Notes: generated by a model from the sequence alone, not told the origin. 61,731 nt of DNA, filler included, from Dimorphilus gyrociliatus (GCA_904063045.1; 4 parts of 4 records of this genome joined end to end with filler, not necessarily neighbours in it), one strand, 5' to 3'; positions 45,411 to 58,878 are shown, counted from the whole stretch's first letter. Numbers and translations are program-made.

Positions 45411-46519
45411 AATTTTTAAACAACTACTCATTTCATCAAATTCATTACAAAAGATCAATTTATGTTATTGTGATTTAGGCAAGAACAACTGTGAAACTCT
45501 ATCAATCTGCTTTCAAACTGTTCAAAAATTGAAAAAGTTAATTTAAGTTGGAATCCAAATGTTGAACACTTTTTACCTAAAATTTGCCAAGCACTTTTAA
45601 TATCGTCAATTGGACTCAAAGCTATAAACTTTTGCAATTGTAATTTGGATGGGAATAGTATTAAGAATGTTGCAGATTTATTAAAGAAATGTTGTTCTTT
45701 ACAAAAAGTTGACTTTTCATTGAATAAAGATTTAAAAGACAGCTTGCCTACTATTTTGGATGGACTCTACAATTGTTGTAATACTCTAGCAGAAATTTAT
45801 TTAAAAAGTTGTCTTTTAAATGGAAGTATGGCCAGAGAAATTGGTAATTTTTAAATAACTGCCATAAAATTGAAAAGATCAATTTATCATTTAATGACAA
45901 TATGGAAAATGGATTTTTTTATATATGTAAACATCTACACAACTCTTCAAATACTCTAAAAGAAAATACAACAATATCAGAACAAATATTAAGGAATATT
46001 GCTGACACATTAAAATCAGTGAAACAGCTGATAAAGATTGATTTCAAAGGCTGCAATTTAGAAGAGGAACAATGTAGAAAGATTGGAAAGCTTTTCTAAA
46101 GTTGCTCTAAAATAGACACAATCAACTTGGCATGGAATGTTCAGATGGGAGAAGGATTATTTAACATTTGTAAAGGACTCATCCAATCGTCAAGCTGTTT
46201 AAAAGAGATAAATTTCGGCTGTTGTAATTTAAACAATGGGCAATGTAGACATATTGGAAACCTTTTTAAAGAATGCGCCAAGCTAGAGACAATCTACCTG
46301 ACAGGAAATCATACAACAGGCAATGGACTATTCTATATTTGTGCACAACTTCTTCATTTGTCAAATACTTTAAAATGCCTCAACTTTACAGAATGTAATT
46401 TGAGCGAAGACCAGTCTAAAATAATAATTAACTTGTTTAAACACTGTTCAAAACTTAAAAGAATTTCTCTGGAACGGATATGGCATTGCGGAAGTGATCT
46501 TTTTGAACTAAGCAAATAG
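45410..46519 (+). pseudogene. RI-like LRR pseudogene (family of the 50367 gene)
   Basis: Repeats such as LQKINLCYCDL and GLIQSSSCLKEINFGCCNL are split by stops and frameshifts. The 5' end is replaced by a Tc1 remnant. Confidence 0.75.
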
Positions 46520-46589
46520 GTTGTTTAATTACACTGCTCTTAAATATTTTAATTATTCTTCTAATATTCCTGGTGATTGTTTAAAATAG

Positions 46590-46810
46590 TTTAGAACTAG
46601 AAACTCATTTACTCAATAGATATTCTTTAAACAAAATACTGGCATTTTGTTGATTAATTTCTACTGAAATTACATTTCTTAAGACTACTTGTGGACGAAT
46701 TTGAAAGGTTCTATTTGTGTGAGTACTTTGGTGCATTGATAAATGATTGGAAAGGACGAATACTGTTCTGAAGAAGGAGAAATTCCTACAATTACAATAC
46801 AACAAAGTAC
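46590..46810. repeat. Dispersed repeat of about 250-300 bp (copies near 46590, 54040, 58240 and 59700)
   Basis: Shared blocks GAAATTCCTACAATTACAAT, GTTCTATTTGTGTGAGTACTTT and AAAATACTGG..TTTTGTTGAT. The 58240 copy is inverted. Confidence 0.8.
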
Positions 46811-48160
46811 AATTTTGTTCAATAATTTATGAAATTGATATCAATCATCCAAGGAGTTACATTATAGAGGGGAGTAGGATTCAATTAGATGTTCGACAGA
46901 TTGCCCATAATGAAAAAATAACAGTTGATGATTTGTCAAATTTTAATATAGAGGAAAAGATTTGTCACTGTCTCAAATTCAACAATGAGACAGACGCCAC
47001 TGTTGAATTGTCATCAGAATTTGAAGGACATTATTTTATTTGTAGAGGACATTATGTCGTGTCCTTTTGGAAGTATAACAACACCAAAGTTCATGTACTG
47101 GATAATGAATGTGGAAACGTTGACTTTACATTACAAAAAAAAAACAGAAAATCAGCCTGAGAATAGGTTTTTCAGCGTCTTTTTAAAAAGCTTTGCCAAA
47201 GTGTCAGTTTTTGTTGTCGGTGAGGCAATTGGAGGAGGTTTCCGAAACTCGGCTAGCTTGTTCTGTATGCTTAGCTGGCCGTATAAGCTTTTCATGGTAT
47301 TAAGCATATATGTATTAACGACAAAATGTTAAACAGCGTAAACCTTTGATGTGTCAAGTGCAGACAACAATTAATATAGTAACATAAAAATGTTTCTATC
47401 ATGTGAAATATATTCTATACAAATATCCTGTCAACCAGTTCTGTGGATATGGCACATACGGATGATATTGACTATCCACTCTTAAGAGCTGCCAAGTTGG
47501 AATTCCTACCTTCTCTTCCCTACTTTTCACTCTTCCAATTTTTTCATATTCATGTTGTGATTTCTATCAAAGTTTGTGTGAAAAATGCAAGCTAACAAAT
47601 ATTCATTCTACTTTTTTCAAAACGGAAAAAGGAAATTATAAAAAAAGTAAAAGACACTTTTGAAATAAAGAAAACTGGTATCCATTACTCTGAAAATTTT
47701 TTAATTTTATAATAATTATTATTCATATCTGGAACTATTATTGACTAATTATTTATTTATTGATGTAAAAAAAAAGTTTTTAAAGCAAAGTTAAACATTT
47801 AAAAATTCATAACAAAGTGAAGCAAGGGCCGGTAAATCATTATGCATTCAAGGACGACAGTTCTCAAAGCTAAAAGAACAACAAATTTGCCTTTATATAC
47901 CAGTATGAACAATTATTGAGTTGTATCAGGTACAATCTGAAAAGTATTATACATTTTGCTCTAATTTTAAAATGACTTAACAGATGCTACTCATACTTTC
48001 CAAATATATTACTCAATCTGTAAACTTTCATTGTGAAAACTTTCATGCACTTCTGCCAAGCCATTACAAAATTATTTCATTGCAAGCAACAGCAAGTCAT
48101 GTCAACATGTTCCAATCAGTGAAAAATTATTGCATTCTTAGTCCATGATGAGGTCTCTTC

Positions 48161-48271
48161 AAAGAATATTCACACAAAGTTAAAAAGCTATTTTGGGGAT
48201 GAAACTCTGCATGAAGCTTCGGTAAGAAGGTGAGCTATCAAAATAAAAAAGGAAGAAAAAATCTTAAAGAC
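48161..48271 (+). mobile_element. Mariner transposase N-terminal HTH remnant
   Basis: Reads IHTKLK..FGDETLHEASVRR*..KKGRKNLKD, similar to mariner IHxxLxxxYGD..V.RW..FK.GR.SL.D. Confidence 0.55.
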
Positions 48272-48789
48272 TAAAGAAGAAAAACAAATATGCAATACTT
48301 TGAGGTCGTACCTGATATTTATTTGCAACTAGGCAACTTTTAAAAGAGTCAAGCACAAAAATGTGGCTTAATCTTTAATGTAAATACTGTCTGGGGGATT
48401 TGTGGTTAACAGGAAAAAGTGTAAGGTTATACGGCCATCTTAGCAAGAAGTGAATGAATCAGTGATATCAGTTGGAATATTTTAAAATTACAGCAAAAAG
48501 TTTCATATTTTTATAGAATCACTCTCTAAACTTTTGTGAAAAATGAAAAATGTTTGAAACGAAGCTAATAGAGAACTGATCCTAAACAACTCAAATTTTC
48601 ATTTACTTAACTCTCAACAAGATGTCATAGTTCAAAAAATAAAACTTTGTATCTCTCATTGGCAAAATGTAGAGTTTAATAAATTATTATAGGCATTTTA
48701 TAGATTAGATTATGCACATACATTCGTCAGCTATATTCTACAATAGAGAAGTAGTATTGAACCAGTATTGTGCAATGCAGATAGCACTG

Positions 48790-49984
48790 ATTTAGTTGGA
48801 ATGAAAATTTTTCAAGTTGCCAATGGAGATGATAAACCATTTGCTGAGAATGAGCTGGAATTTTTTTCTTCAGATATACTTCATTTAAAAAATGTCTCAT
48901 TGAAATATCTAAAGTTTGAACATATAAAGAATTTAAACTTTTTATTAAAGCATCCAATCAGATCTCTTTCATTAGAAAATTTTAAAAGTTGACTTTTCCA
49001 ATTGCCATATTAGAAAAGAGTGTGATTATTGGTTGGGTGAATTGTTTAAAAAGTGAAAATTGTTATAAGAAGTCAATTTGAGTAGCAACAAGAACTTTGA
49101 TGATGGTTGGATCTACATATTTAAAGGTTTAAAGTTATCTTCACAGTCAATCCTAAAATTTGATATTTCCAATTTGCTGTTTGAGCAATGTTCATGGTAG
49201 ACAATTGAGTGATTTATTAATTAATTGTACTTCCATTTTACAACTTAATTCGAGTAAGAATAGACGAATACCCAATGGTTTTAATAAAATTTTTAAAGGG
49301 CTGACATCATCTTCAAAGACTCTTTAAAATATTAACAATTCTGATTGCGCATTGAATAATAAAACTCATCTCTAGACTATCTTAGAAAAGTTAAAATTTC
49401 ATCTTCTTCAATTACTCGTAGACAATACATGATGGCTTGAAATCCTCTTCAAAGTCCCTTGCCTATATAAATATATCTGAATGTCATTTAACTGAACAAT
49501 GTTTTTGGCTAGGTGACTTATTACACCGTTGTACTTCACTAGAAAAGGTTAATTTCAGCCATAGTAAGTTATTTTTTGGTGGAGAATTTAGGATGATGTG
49601 CAAAGGCTTAAAATCATCTTGTCCATGCCTTCTCGAAATAAAGTTTACATTTTGTGAACTAAGCAAAGATGATTTTTATTGGTTAAACGATTTATTTAAA
49701 AAGTGTGCTTATCTAGAAAGTGTTAACTTGAGTTACAATACAGAATGTAGAAAAACATGCTAACATTGCTAAAAGTTTGTTCAAATTTAAAAACTATAGA
49801 TCTATGTGGTAATACAAAAGTCAGCAACACCTTCAATGATTTCTATAAAGTACTGAAACAATCAGTAAAGACCTTAAAAAGTTTGAATTTCTCAAGCTGT
49901 AATTTACTTAGTGGACAAATTATTCAATTGGAAAATTTGATTAAAAAATTATCTAAAAAGAGTAATGAAAATGTTTATAATTAG
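48790..49984 (+). pseudogene. LRR pseudogene paralogous to 50367-52007
   Basis: DDKPFAENELEFFSSDILHLKNVSL..LLKHPIRSLSLENF aligns with DNKPFFRNDVNFFSNEILQLKNISL..LKNHPINSLYLSNF. Multiple stops follow. Confidence 0.78.
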
Positions 49985-50366
49985 AACAGGAAGTAATAGA
50001 AACTATATCTACAATACAGTGGAAAATGTTGATGAATAACATTAAAATGTTCAAAAATTAGATTAATATCTGATTTATGATTACTTAAAAAGATTATCAT
50101 GATGAAATTTGTATGATTATTATTGCTGACTGGCCTAAAAAATTATTATATCATCAACTGTTATCTATAAGGACAATAATTCTTTTTTTACAACTTTAAC
50201 TAAGGTTTTGAGTGGCGTTTAAGTATTTTAATACTTAATTAAAAATGTAGGCCTAAAATGTAGTGCATAATAAATCGTAACAAACACCTCATTCTCTCAG
50301 CCAGCTTGGTGTGATATTTATAGTGAGAATATTTATTGTCAGCTACATTAAAAAATCCTTCTGAAA

Positions 50367-52007
50367 ATGTCAATAAAATCTTTGAAAGAAATTTCATTGG
50401 ATAGCCTAAGAAATAATTTGCATTTGATAACTAAAATCTGCAAGAAACACTCTATTATTTTACCAGCAACTTTAAGTGAGAAAATCTTCAAGTTATTCTG
50501 TTCTGATAATAAACCATTTTTCAGAAATGATGTCAACTTTTTTTCAAATGAAATTCTACAATTGAAAAATATTTCTCTAGATCAAAACAAGTTTATTAAT
50601 ATTCAAAAGTTTGATTTTTTGAAAAATCATCCAATAAATTCCTTATATTTATCAAATTTTCAAAACATGTCAAATTTATCTCTATATTCAAATATTCAAA
50701 TATTGGAATTTAAAAAATGTAAACTTAAAAAGGAGACTTATCTTGAAATTGGCAGATGTTTACAACATTGTAAAAATCTGAAATCATTTTCAATGATATC
50801 AGTAAAAAATACATTTGGTGCATTGAAAAATATATGTCATGGATTAAAAACTTCCTCATCAGGCCTATTAAAAATTTGCTTTTCAAATTGTAATTTATCT
50901 CAAATGCAATGCTATTGGTTAAGGGATTTAATGTTTAATTGTGTAAAATTACAAACAATTATATTGGCAAAGAATCAAAATTGGGAAAATGGATTAGAGA
51001 TTATATGCAATGGATTATCTTCATCATCTTCTTCTCTATTAGAAATTAATTTCAACTCTTGTAATTTATTGTATAGAGATTGTCAATTTTTATGTAATTT
51101 ATTAATAAAATGTACACAATTACAAAAAATTTCTTTCAATAATAATCCACATATTCAAAATGGTTTAAAGAAGATTTGTTATGGATTAACATCTTCAGCA
51201 TCTTCTCTTTTGACAATCAACTTTTCCTATTGTATTTCAACAAAGGAACAATTCAGTTGGTTTTGTAAATTGATTGGCCAATGTACTAAATTGGAAAAAT
51301 ATTTTATTGAAGATTATATAATGGAATCAGAATATAAAATGTTATTACAAGCTTTAAAATCTTCTTCATCTTCCCTCTTAGCACTCAATTTATCGCCTTT
51401 CGTATATGTTTATGATGGTATTATAATTGGTAATTTTTTGGCATTGTGTACTTCATTGAGAGAAATTAACTTGGCAGATAATTCTAAATTTGGGAATTTA
51501 GGATTTGAAACCATTTGCAATTCTCTAAAGATATCTTTATCTTCAACTCTTTTGAGTATTGACTTTTCACACTGTAATCTATCTTCTACTCAAGGTTTTT
51601 TGTTGGGTAGTTTACTAAATGAATGTACAATATTGGAAACTATTTATCTTGGATACAATGGAAAAATTCTTGAAGCATATGAAAGTGTATTCAAAGGATT
51701 ACAATCATCAAGTTCTACTTTGATATCAATTGATTTAAACACATGTTGTTTAATGGAAAATCAATGTTGCTATCTGATTGATTTATTGAAAAAATGTTTA
51801 AAATTGAGAAAACTTAATTTGTGTTTTAACGACAAAATTGGAAATCAATTGAAAACAATTTGCAATATATTACATACATTGCCAGCTTTCAATTGTTTAT
51901 TGCTTGATTGTACTCAATATTGTTCATTTGAAGTAGAGTTAAATAACTTACCAAACTCCATTTCTTTAATTGACTCATTCTCAAGTGAAAATTTTTTTTT
52001 TGATTGA
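50367..52007 (+). CDS. Intronless 546-aa LRR protein with N-terminal BC-box/Cul2-box-like motif (ZYG-11/ZER1/PRAME-like architecture)
   Basis: Open ORF. SLKEISLDSL fits (S/T/P)LxxxC/A/SxxxL and LPATLSEKI fits LPxxLxxxL. RI-like repeats of about 28 aa follow (GLSSSSSSLLEINFNSCNL). Confidence 0.8.
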   Translation: MSIKSLKEISLDSLRNNLHLITKICKKHSIILPATLSEKIFKLFCSDNKPFFRNDVNFFSNEILQLKNISLDQNKFINIQKFDFLKNHPINSLYLSNFQNMSNLSLYSNIQILEFKKCKLKKETYLEIGRCLQHCKNLKSFSMISVKNTFGALKNICHGLKTSSSGLLKICFSNCNLSQMQCYWLRDLMFNCVKLQTIILAKNQNWENGLEIICNGLSSSSSSLLEINFNSCNLLYRDCQFLCNLLIKCTQLQKISFNNNPHIQNGLKKICYGLTSSASSLLTINFSYCISTKEQFSWFCKLIGQCTKLEKYFIEDYIMESEYKMLLQALKSSSSSLLALNLSPFVYVYDGIIIGNFLALCTSLREINLADNSKFGNLGFETICNSLKISLSSTLLSIDFSHCNLSSTQGFLLGSLLNECTILETIYLGYNGKILEAYESVFKGLQSSSSTLISIDLNTCCLMENQCCYLIDLLKKCLKLRKLNLCFNDKIGNQLKTICNILHTLPAFNCLLLDCTQYCSFEVELNNLPNSISLIDSFSSENFFFD

Positions 52008-52620
52008 CAAGTTATTTTGAAATATAGAAATAAATAATACCAATGTTTAATATTGTATAAATCCATTGTAGACAAGAATTTATATCCTCCTCACAGATAG
52101 TCAAATAAATTATCTTGGTTTAGGAGTGGATACTTGTTCTTTATTGTCATGTTTAATTTTTGATAGTCCACACACATTCTTAGACTACTGTACAACTTTG
52201 GTTATATTTGATGCTTATTCTATGCTACTATGTATCATTTATCCATGTACTTATTCAAAAAAACTTAAGCAAGAAATGCGATCACCTTTGGCCAAACATT
52301 ACTTAAGGTTCACGTTTATGTGGCACTTAAGATTTTGGCCAAATTGTGATTGATGACCTTGTTTAGGGTTTGGTCAAAGTATGATCAATTAGTTTTCTCA
52401 AATTTTGAATTTTGTGACATATTGTTCCTAGACACCAACTGTAAAGTGGTCATTGGATATTGGAGACAAACCTACAAGTATATAAACCCTCACTGCTTTA
52501 CAGTAACTGTCTTACCTTAAACTCGAAAGGTGAACTGGAAATAGCCCTACTGGGACAAGCTTTCTACCCTTGCAACTTTGGACATTAGTTTGGTAACTTG
52601 GCAACCTGCTATTACAAACT

Positions 52621-52730
52621 ATCTACTCTGCTATTGAAATTCTATATTGTTTCAAGCTTAAGTATTTTATTTCAAATAAACAATTTAAATGAAACACTTT
52701 GTTTAAAGGTTTGAGTATAACCAGTCCTGC
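52621..52730. repeat. Dispersed repeat segment shared with 19548-19650
   Basis: ATCTACTCTGCTATT..AAGTATTTTATTTCAAATAAAC..TTTAAATGAAACA..TTGTTTAAAGGTT occurs in both places. Confidence 0.7.
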
Positions 52731-54039
52731 TGTAACTCGCAAACACTTAATTTGCCAAGCAAGAGCAGTACAATATTCAAAAAACTTATATTGATGGTAA
52801 AATTTGAAAGCCTAAGTTTTGGTCTGTCTAGCAACTTGTTGTCAGAACAGACAAAAGTGTTGAGGGTTGGCACACAAGATTAAATAGAGCAGTAGGAATT
52901 GATGAAAATTTTTATAATTTTGTCAAAGTAGCATGAGAGGCTGACCTACTACAAGTTGATAAGAAATTGTTATCAGAGGGGATATTGAAAAAAATTACAG
53001 CTGCAGGTTAATATTTTTAATTTATGGGATCAGTTTGAAAAAAGAGAGATAGATAATATTTTAGATCAATTAGTTACATTAAATGCTAAAAATATCTGCT
53101 TTAGTAGATTTTGTTTTCTGTAATTTGTCATTATCAATTAACAATATTTACAATAAATATTTAACAGAGTAAGAATGTTTTTAACAAAACAGATCAAATT
53201 TCCAAAAATGTAAGACTAAATTGATATCCATATGGACAGAATGTCCATACAAAGGGGACGAAATGTCCTAGAGAACCCTAACCCTAACCTAAAACTCTGA
53301 TGTTAATCCAATACATTGATGTTATTTAAAACTGAATTCTTTCTAAAAGCTTAGTGTTTTGTGGACAAAATTGAGGTTCCATTTAAACAAATACTTTAAT
53401 AAATTGGTAAATGATTTCAGTGTTGTTAGCTGGTTCATTCATTCTTGGTGAAAGCCTTTCTCGGTTTGAAGCGGCTAATTGAGCTTGATTCCTTTCTTGT
53501 TCTTGCCTTTGCGTTGTCCCATAAGACGGTGGACCTTCGTCTTCATAATGTTGAGTTTCTATTTATTTTATTTAGTGAATGATATAAATAGGAAGTAATG
53601 ACTCATTCATTTATTTGGAATATCAGGAGGCTTACCTTTGTAAGAATTATAGCAACCCTTACCATCTGGCTCTTTGCTATTATCTTCATTAATATTTAAT
53701 GAATCATGATTTGAAAATCTTTTAGCTTTTGTTATTGTTGTTGTCATAACTTGCATTAAAATTTCATCTCTTTGATATGTTTTATTGCTTAAATACAGAT
53801 ACTGTGTTCAAGATAGTAATCGTATTGATGATTAATGCCATCTATCAAAAGTTTAAAAATTTCTGATAATCATATGATACATATCTTGTCACGTGACATC
53901 ATGGCGTCGGGTTGTATCATGAAATTAGGGAATCTTGAGATTTTTCTGAGGCAAAGATGGTACAAAGTGGCCTGGGACTCTTCAGGGTATAATACAGTAT
54001 TTAAAAAGAGAGGTTTGAGAAGTCTTTGTAGTTTGTTGT

Positions 54040-54350
54040 ATTTTCTGAAGAAGCAGAAATTCCTACAATTACAATACAACAAACTACAACTCGAAACGTT
54101 CTATTTGTGTGAGTACTTTGGTGCATTGATAAATGATTGGAAACCTTTCAAGTTCGTCCCCAAAGAGTCTTAAGAAACGTAATTTCCATAGAAATTAATC
54201 AACAAAATACCAGTATTTCATCCAAAGAATATGTATTGAGTAAATGAGTTTCAATTCTAAACAAGTAAGTTTAAACAACCAATTAACAGTTACAGAACTG
54301 AACTGCCAAACTGGTGAAATGTATTTCCTTTTATACATTTCCCAAAGCTT
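54040..54350. repeat. Scrambled copy of the 46590 repeat family
   Basis: The 3' block, the middle block and an inverted 5' block of the 46590 copy are juxtaposed out of order. Confidence 0.7.
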
Positions 54351-54678
54351 GGGTTCAATTTATCAAAGGATTACATATGTCACAAAAACATAATCCCCAA
54401 ACAAAGGCTATATGGTCAACATATGTTGCCACATAACACATCTGTCCTAAATTGTTTTAAAAAAATATTGACTAAAATGAAGGAAATTTTGTCAAGTTTT
54501 ATGAATAGTTTTCAGATACTCTCTACCTCTCCTAGTTTACAAATGATCAAGTGTCTCTTGAATGCCTTTTTCAATTGTATTCATTTTCATACCAATTATC
54601 ACACCAAACAAACCTTTTACCAAATCAGATAATAGACATAATCCAGCATGAATATTTATGTTAATCATTTTGGAAGCG

Positions 54679-54778
54679 NNNNNNNNNNNNNNNNNNNNNN
54701 NNNNNNNNNNNNNNNNNNNNNNTTAATTAATTAANNNNNNNNNNNNNNNNNNNNNNNNNNNNNNNNNNNNNNNNNNNN
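54679..54778. other. Artificial contig-joining linker
   Basis: 44 N + TTAATTAATTAA + 44 N. Confidence 0.97.
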
Positions 54779-55775
54779 TAAAGGGTTTATTTGGTGTGAT
54801 AATTGGTATGAAAAATGAATACAAATAGAAAAAAAAAACATTAAAAGATACACTTAATTACTTCGCACATCAAATGTAGGCCTAAAGTATTTCTATAGTT
54901 GCGTCATTGAAGAAAGTTTGAATTCAAACATCAATAATATGAAAGATACGAGAGATTTTAGTATTTATAAACTGCAAAAGATGACTACTTCTTTTTTCCA
55001 GTATCAATTGTGCTAAAATGACATTCCATTACAAGTGGGTTGTACCATTAATACAATGATAATAATTTATATAACAGGATAAGGACAGTGATTATTTTTT
55101 TATATTTGGGAAAAAAAAACTAGTATAGCCCTACTTCCAACAAAATGGCGGAGAATGTGCCAGGATGAGTATGTAAGAAAAAGAGAGGGAGTGGAAAGTT
55201 CTTCCATAAAAACTGAAAAATTAATTTTTTTTCACCATTGCCATTCTGTAACTTATTATTTAGATCATCATAGTATTCATTAACTGCCAGATTGAGATGC
55301 TCAACAGTGTTCAATCAGTTTTGCCTATAGAGATTTATCAAATAAATGCAATAAATGTAGATAGGATACTTCTATTTCTAATGTACAGTGAGAAATTTGT
55401 CAATCAAAATATATTATCTGTGCAATGGACAATTTAACTCCAATGATAAAAGTGATTGTGGGGAAGATGAATGAATTGTATAGCTATGGAAGAGGTTTGT
55501 GATTGAATTTCAAATTTCATTCAAAGTTTAATACATAATTTTGAATGAATATCATTTATTTGCTAATGCTTGTTTATACCATATATAATTCAAACATCAA
55601 TTTAAAACAAATATCACTGAATATCTTCCTAGAACATGAATCATATTTGTTATATGACTGTCATTGCTATTACATTATTGATTGGTCTACAACAAAATTT
55701 AAAACAATAACAGTAAAACTTTAAATTTTTGAGAAAAGAATAGAAAAGATAATAGATATGACAATCAATTGAAAT

Positions 55776-56950
55776 TTACAAGTTATTTTAAAATATAGAA
55801 ATAAATAATACCAATGTTTAATGAACAATTTGAGAAAAAATAGTAACACTATTAATAGCTTTAAAAATTCTGCTTTTGAAATGGAAATGTTGAAAGCTAT
55901 AGATGCTACATTTTTCAATTGTTACAAAATCTTAATTTAACTAGAAGTGGATTAACTGGTTTAAAATTTCTAGTAAGATTAAAATGTAGTAATCTATTAT
56001 CTTTGGATTTGTTTGGTTCAAATATCCAAGTTTAAGGAAAGATTATTTTAAATATTTGAGAAATCTTACCCAATTAAGAATAGAGAAGAGTAGTATCCAG
56101 CCTATAGAAAAAGGAGCATTTAGACATGTAATTAACCTGAAGATGCTTAATCTAAGATGTACCATTTTTCCATTAAATGATTTACAATCATTATTTAAAT
56201 GTGTTACCCTTTACCTACTCTAAATTTATATCGCTCTATAAAAAGAGATGCTGTCTTGTCATTCAAAATAAATGATATCCAATAAGTTAACATTTTTTAC
56301 CAACACACTAACATCTGTTCTTATGTCTTTAATATGAGGTTATGGATTATATCATGTCTACAAATTTATATTTTAATACAACTGTCTTGGCAAATCCATT
56401 CAATAAGAATTATTGTACTTTTTCTCAAGCTTCACTTTTCACTCTCTGGTCAAAATTGGTATTTCAGGCATTGGTAATCTTTTACAAATATTGATATGAC
56501 TAAGAGTCAAGAATTATCTTTTAACAACTGCAATCTATATTTTAGAAATATCCCTTTTGAAAAAGAAAAGTACAACATCCTTAAATAAAAAAGTTATAGT
56601 AAAATAACCAACCACCATTTAGAATCAGTAGCTAGGTAGCATGTCAATAATAAAGGGTAAATACAATATCAAACTTAAAAATATTTGCCAACTTTGGAGC
56701 ACTGAGATAAATAAATGAATATTGAATATTTGTAGAGGACTTCAGAGGTCTTCAAATACTTTAAGGAAGTTAATTTACTCAATTTATGATTTAAATGAAA
56801 AACAACATAGTGAAATTAAATATTTGCTGATACATTGTTCCAAAATAGAAACTTTAAAATGAACTGAGAATCATTACTTGGGTGAACTATTGGTCAATAT
56901 TAGTAGAGGACTTAAAAGGTCATCAAATACTTTTGTACTTTGTTGTATGC
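55776..56950 (+). pseudogene. Highly decayed LRR gene remnants
   Basis: 55776-55822 is nearly identical to 52004-52051, the 3' end of the intact LRR gene. GLQRSSNTLRKL and GLKRSSNT LRR fragments lie near 56735 and 56905. Confidence 0.5.
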
Positions 56951-57279
56951 AGATTGTAGGAATTTCATTCTTGTCACAGCTGTAGATGTCAGTATTGCTC
57001 ATTTAATGTTACATACTATTTTTAAAATATACCATTCATAATAACTTTAGCAATGACATGGCAAAATATCCTGTTTTTATAAAAAGAAAACACCACAGAC
57101 TGTGCTCAAAACTATTTCTGATGAATGATTGAAAGTACCTGATGTGCAATACTATTTGTTATGCCAATCATGTTGCATTAGAACAAACCAAAAGGAATTC
57201 TTCTGTCAGAAAAGTATACAGTATCACCTGATCTAGAGTGACATTTTTAAATTTTCACCCTATACTGTATATTATACAA

Positions 57280-58145
57280 GTAGGGGTGCAAATGTACCTA
57301 GGCATACCAGTTTGCACAACATGTAACAAAAGAAAAATGTACTGTTAGCCTTAAGAAGTTAACAAATATGGAAATTGGATGGGGGTGCGAACGTACCCAT
57401 GGCGGGTTGAAGCCTACCTTAATATATCTGAAATATCTGTGTTTTTTATATTCCCTAACCCTAAATTGGAGCCCCTCTAACAATAAATTCATCCAAATAT
57501 TAAAACTAACCCTTTCCTAAAATGTTTTCATGGTTGGAAATATTTGCTAACAGGTACGTTCGCACCCGATCCCATGGAAATTGACCAATACCAAAAGAAT
57601 AATAAGAAGAGCTTAAATGATAACAAAAATGGTCCTGCTGACTTTAAAGATTCAACTTTGGAGCATGAAAATCTTGTACATTCAGATAGCCAATCAATGG
57701 ACCTAGACTGTTTGGAAGAAGTTAAGGGAAATGCAGAAGATGATAGTGATTCAATCAGAAAGAATGATTTTGAGTAAAGGGAAAGAGCAGAAAGGGACAT
57801 GACATTCTTCTAAATGATATTAACTCTTTTCTTGTAAAAACACTTACAACTACAATTTGGCTGTGCAGTGTGAGAAATAAGAAGAAAAGATGTGTAGCTA
57901 GACAAAATGGAAGTATATTTATTAAAGGCAATCTGGGACATAATCACAACAGAAAAGATAATTTAGAAGTAGATGTTAGAGTAAAAACAGATTTGCAAAA
58001 GTGATAACAAAACATCTGGGAGAAGCATTGCTGAAAAAGTTCTTTTATTATATGAACCAAATGCTAAATGTCTTCCTTTATCAATAACTTGAAAAGAATG
58101 GCAAACTCAAATAGACAAAAATTTAGGCCAGTTGAACCAAAAGTG
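57280..58145 (+). mobile_element. Decayed MULE copy homologous to 43630-44290, interrupted by a MITE
   Basis: Colinear with the 42948 element (ACATGTAACAAAAGAAAATGTACTGTTAGCCTTAAGAAG, through to AAATTTAGGCCAGTTGAACCAAAAGTG). Confidence 0.8.
57377..57573. mobile_element. MULE-type MITE, 197 bp, 9-bp TSD ATGGAAATT
   Basis: TIRs GGATGGGGGTGCGAACGTACC and GGTACGTTCGCACCCGATCCC. The TSD lies at 57368-57376 and 57574-57582. Confidence 0.92.
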
Positions 58146-58239
58146 TTATCTCTTTTTAATGCCATAACTCTCTCTTTGTTTCTATCAATATACTTTGTAA
58201 TATTGAAGTCAAGGTATAATATCAATATTTAGCTTTAGT

Positions 58240-58560
58240 TTTGTTGTATTGTAATTGTAGGAATTTCTGCTTCTTTAGAACAGTATTTGTCCTTTCCAAT
58301 CATTTATCAACTCACCAAAGTACTCAAACAATTAGAACCTTTCAAGTTCATCCACAAATAGTCTTAACAAATGTAATTTCAGTAGCAAATTATCAACAAA
58401 AATACCAGTATTTTGTTCAAAGAATATTTAGTGAGTAAATGAGTTTTTAGTTCCAAACAAGTAAGTTTAAACAACCAGCTGATAGTTAAAGAACTGAACT
58501 GACAAGCTGAGGAAATGCATTTTCTTTTATACATTTCCCAAAGCTTACATTCAGTTGGTC
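58240..58560. repeat. Inverted copy of the 46590 repeat family
   Basis: Reverse complement of 46590-46810, with an extension shared with 54250-54350 and 59690-59760. Confidence 0.75.
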
Positions 58561-58878
58561 AAAGGATAAGAAAGTCGAAATCTGACAGTCTCACAATTCT
58601 CAAGTAAAAAAATAAGCAAGACTGCTTTATCACACATATAAAGTATAGTGTTCAGATGTGGCTAACATGTGCCAATGAAAATAAACCTGCATCTTCAGAA
58701 TATGGTATTGAATAAGATTCTATGATATATAATATTTATCACTTAATACAAATAAAAATTTTGAATAAAAGTCATCCAAATACTGGGTGAAACTGTACCT
58801 GAGTGAAATCATACACATTTTGGGTGAAATCCTACCCAGGAAATTCTAGGCATTTTTTTATTTATACTAAAGAAAAGT

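Noticed and set aside
53278-53292. Telomeric (TAACCC)n tract or chromosome end (also near 19990 and 57455)
   Set aside because: Only 1-2 units, each embedded in MULE/MITE-like sequence.
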